64,000 bases of DNA from Eledone cirrhosa (lineage: Eukaryota). The stretch lies in contig OZ024743.1 of the NCBI GenBank assembly GCA_964016885.1, forward strand, positions 219,480,001 to 219,544,000. The letters run 5' to 3'. Under the pieces are notes generated by a model. That model was not told the DNA's origin and did no database searches. It was given only the letters and a program-made list of their open reading frames with translations. The position numbers were made by a program, and so were the translations under genes. How positions within the stretch are numbered: position 1 is the stretch's first letter; the number at the start of each line of letters is the position of its first letter. This document shows, one piece after another, positions 61,741 to 64,000 of this stretch.

Positions 61741-63102
61741 AAACTAGACCTGAAAAATGCGCCAGCTCAAAAGAGTCACAGAATGTTATAATAAACCTCC
61801 AAAAGTGTGGGACTAGAGTTGTTGCTAAAAAATATCGTAATCATTATCTATCGTACACTCTGTGGCATCCTTTTATAAAAAAGAGACTCATAAGGAACTC
61901 AAGACGACACGATAATTATTTAAGCTAATGTTCAATATCTCATATTAGATGTTTAGTAATGATTAATACGAAATGCACTTAAACCGAGTTCTATATTATA
62001 AATTCACTTAAATAATTATCGCGTCGTCGTTCGTTATGAGTCTCTTTTTTTTTTTATAAAAGGATGCCACAGAGTGTACGATAGATAATGATTACAATAT
62101 TTTTGAGCAACAATTCTAGTCACACACTTTTGAAGGTTTATTATAACACTAGCATTAAAGCCCGGCGTTGCTCGGGGTCATTAAGTTACCAAAGTTAGGT
62201 TGCACCACCCATTTTATGGCAGCACTTTTTTGTCTGCCAGGCACTGGGTGAATGAATTGCAGACCTGGAAGCATGAGCTGCGCCAGCAGTGACAATTGTA
62301 GTTTTGCCTATGGATATTATCTCTGTGCAAAAAAGTGTTGAAATTTATTGTTTCACAGTACTTGCGCAACACGCGCGTAGACGATGCCAGCCGAACAACA
62401 GAGCTGCGACGGAGTTGTTCTGCATGGTTGTCTGTGTGTTTTCTAAATTTAAGACAGTAGGGAGGGTTGTGATATGAGGGAGAGTTAGCTGTTGTTTCTA
62501 GCAGGTTTAGTGACCTCATAGAGGATATGTGTTTTCTAAATTTAAGACAGTAGGGAGTGGTGTGATATGGGGGAGAGTTAGCTGCTGTTTCTAGCAGGTT
62601 TAGTAACCTCATAGAGGATATGTGTTTTCTAAATTTAAGACAGTAGGGAGTGGTGTGGGGAGGGGTGTGATATGGGGGAGAGTTAGCTGCTGTTTCTAGC
62701 AGGTTTAGTAACCTCATAGAGGATATGTGTTTTCTAAACTTAAGACAGTAGGGAGTGGTGTGAACGGACAGTATCACCATCAAGCTTGGAAAGAGAAAGT
62801 AGCAGAAAGTATGAAGTTGTATAGATTTTGAATGGTAGTAGAAAGAGTTCAGCAGTTTAAATGAGAGAGAAAATTCGTAAAATATTGAGTTTTATCTATT
62901 TTTTGCGTAATTGTGGGTGAAATTGAAAAAATGATCTGCGTCAAGACGCAATCGAAACTATTTCGAATACTGAATTGTAGATTTCAATTGAAGAAATTCT
63001 ATATCGTAGATTTCTATAACGAAGGAGCATGACCACACACTGAGCTTTATAAATTATGATTCTGTGGCTCTTTTGAGCTTGCGCATTTTTCAGGTCTAGT
63101 TT
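61741..63102. mobile_element. Foldback element with arms of about 170 bp, split by a Helitron
   Basis: 61741-61910 is the reverse complement of 62020-62148 joined to 63060-63102. Confidence 0.85.
62149..63059 (-). mobile_element. Non-autonomous Helitron with an internal tandem repeat of about 93 bp (62430-62760)
   Basis: Minus strand A|TC...CTAG|T, subterminal hairpin CCCGGCGTTGCTCGGG, no TSD; removing it restores the host arm exactly. Confidence 0.88.
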
Positions 63103-63782
63103 AATATTTTTTTAAGGCAACGCTTGTAATAGCTCTAGTTAAACATGATATATATTAATAATAAATTATCGTTGTAATGTAATTATATTATATAATTGTT
63201 ATTTTATAAATGATATTATAAATATTATTGTAAGATGTATAAAAATATTTTCAGACTTTTAATATAAACAACTACAAAAAACAATCAATATTAAATAAAT
63301 ATATTTTACATAATAATTGTTATAGTTGAATTAATAAAAATTAAATATTACATAAAACGAACAATAATATGGACAAATATACAAGTAAATATGATACAAC
63401 CAATATTATAAGCATGTTATAACGACTGAAAAAATAGTTAATATAAATTTAAAAAATCATATATAAATTAACAATATAACTTACCAAAACGAGAAAAAAT
63501 ATTTTGATGATAAAAGACGAAATACAGGAGGAAGATTTGAAAGTGAAACGATAAATAAACGTGCAAAACAAAATGGCGGATGCTTTTGAGCAACAATTAC
63601 TCTCGCTGGTTGATTAGCCAATAAGACGATGAAATTAGCCAATAAGACGATACATTACAAAACATGTTTGGCAGCGATTACCACGGCCAGCGACACCTCT
63701 TGAATTTTTTATTCACAAGCTACGCATATATGTCAGACACGCAGACTTAAAACATTCTGTTGTTAGTCACTGCGTGTCTAAC

Positions 63783-63849
<67 letters not shown>

Positions 63850-63868
63850 GGTCTTCAGAGCCAGAACA

Positions 63869-63998
<130 letters not shown>

Positions 63999-64000
63999 TG

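Overview
AT-rich, microsatellite-dense metazoan genomic DNA; the SINE, RTE, Helitron and Penelope repertoire suggests a coleoid cephalopod such as octopus (inference, not tested). I reconstructed three intact genes by reading splice sites by hand. (1) A cytosolic sulfotransferase (minus, 6758-15564, 5 coding exons, 299 aa) whose PAPS-binding motifs are unusually degenerate. (2) PIGM (minus, 34374-35636, uninterrupted CDS). (3) DCAF13/SOF1 (plus, 37901-52386, 12 exons, 445 aa), head-to-head with PIGM. A decayed, intronless ANAPC5 pseudogene lies at about 54240-56362. The rest is nested mobile DNA: a CsRn1-like Ty3/Gypsy relic whose integrase runs in frame into a Penelope GIY-YIG fragment, (TA)n-associated RTE LINEs with a PHD-like finger inside the RT, CRE/R4/CR1/L1/Penelope fragments, Helitrons, a DD36E Tc1 element, several MITE families and tRNA-derived SINEs. 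The most notable structures are a clean minimal hammerhead ribozyme at the tip of a long hairpin inside an inverted-repeat-bounded element (about 3.0-3.6 kb), a satellite built from a tandemly amplified MITE (27.7-30.6 kb), and two unrelated tandem arrays whose units contain a gene's stop codon. Repeat boundaries are approximate and no database searches were run.
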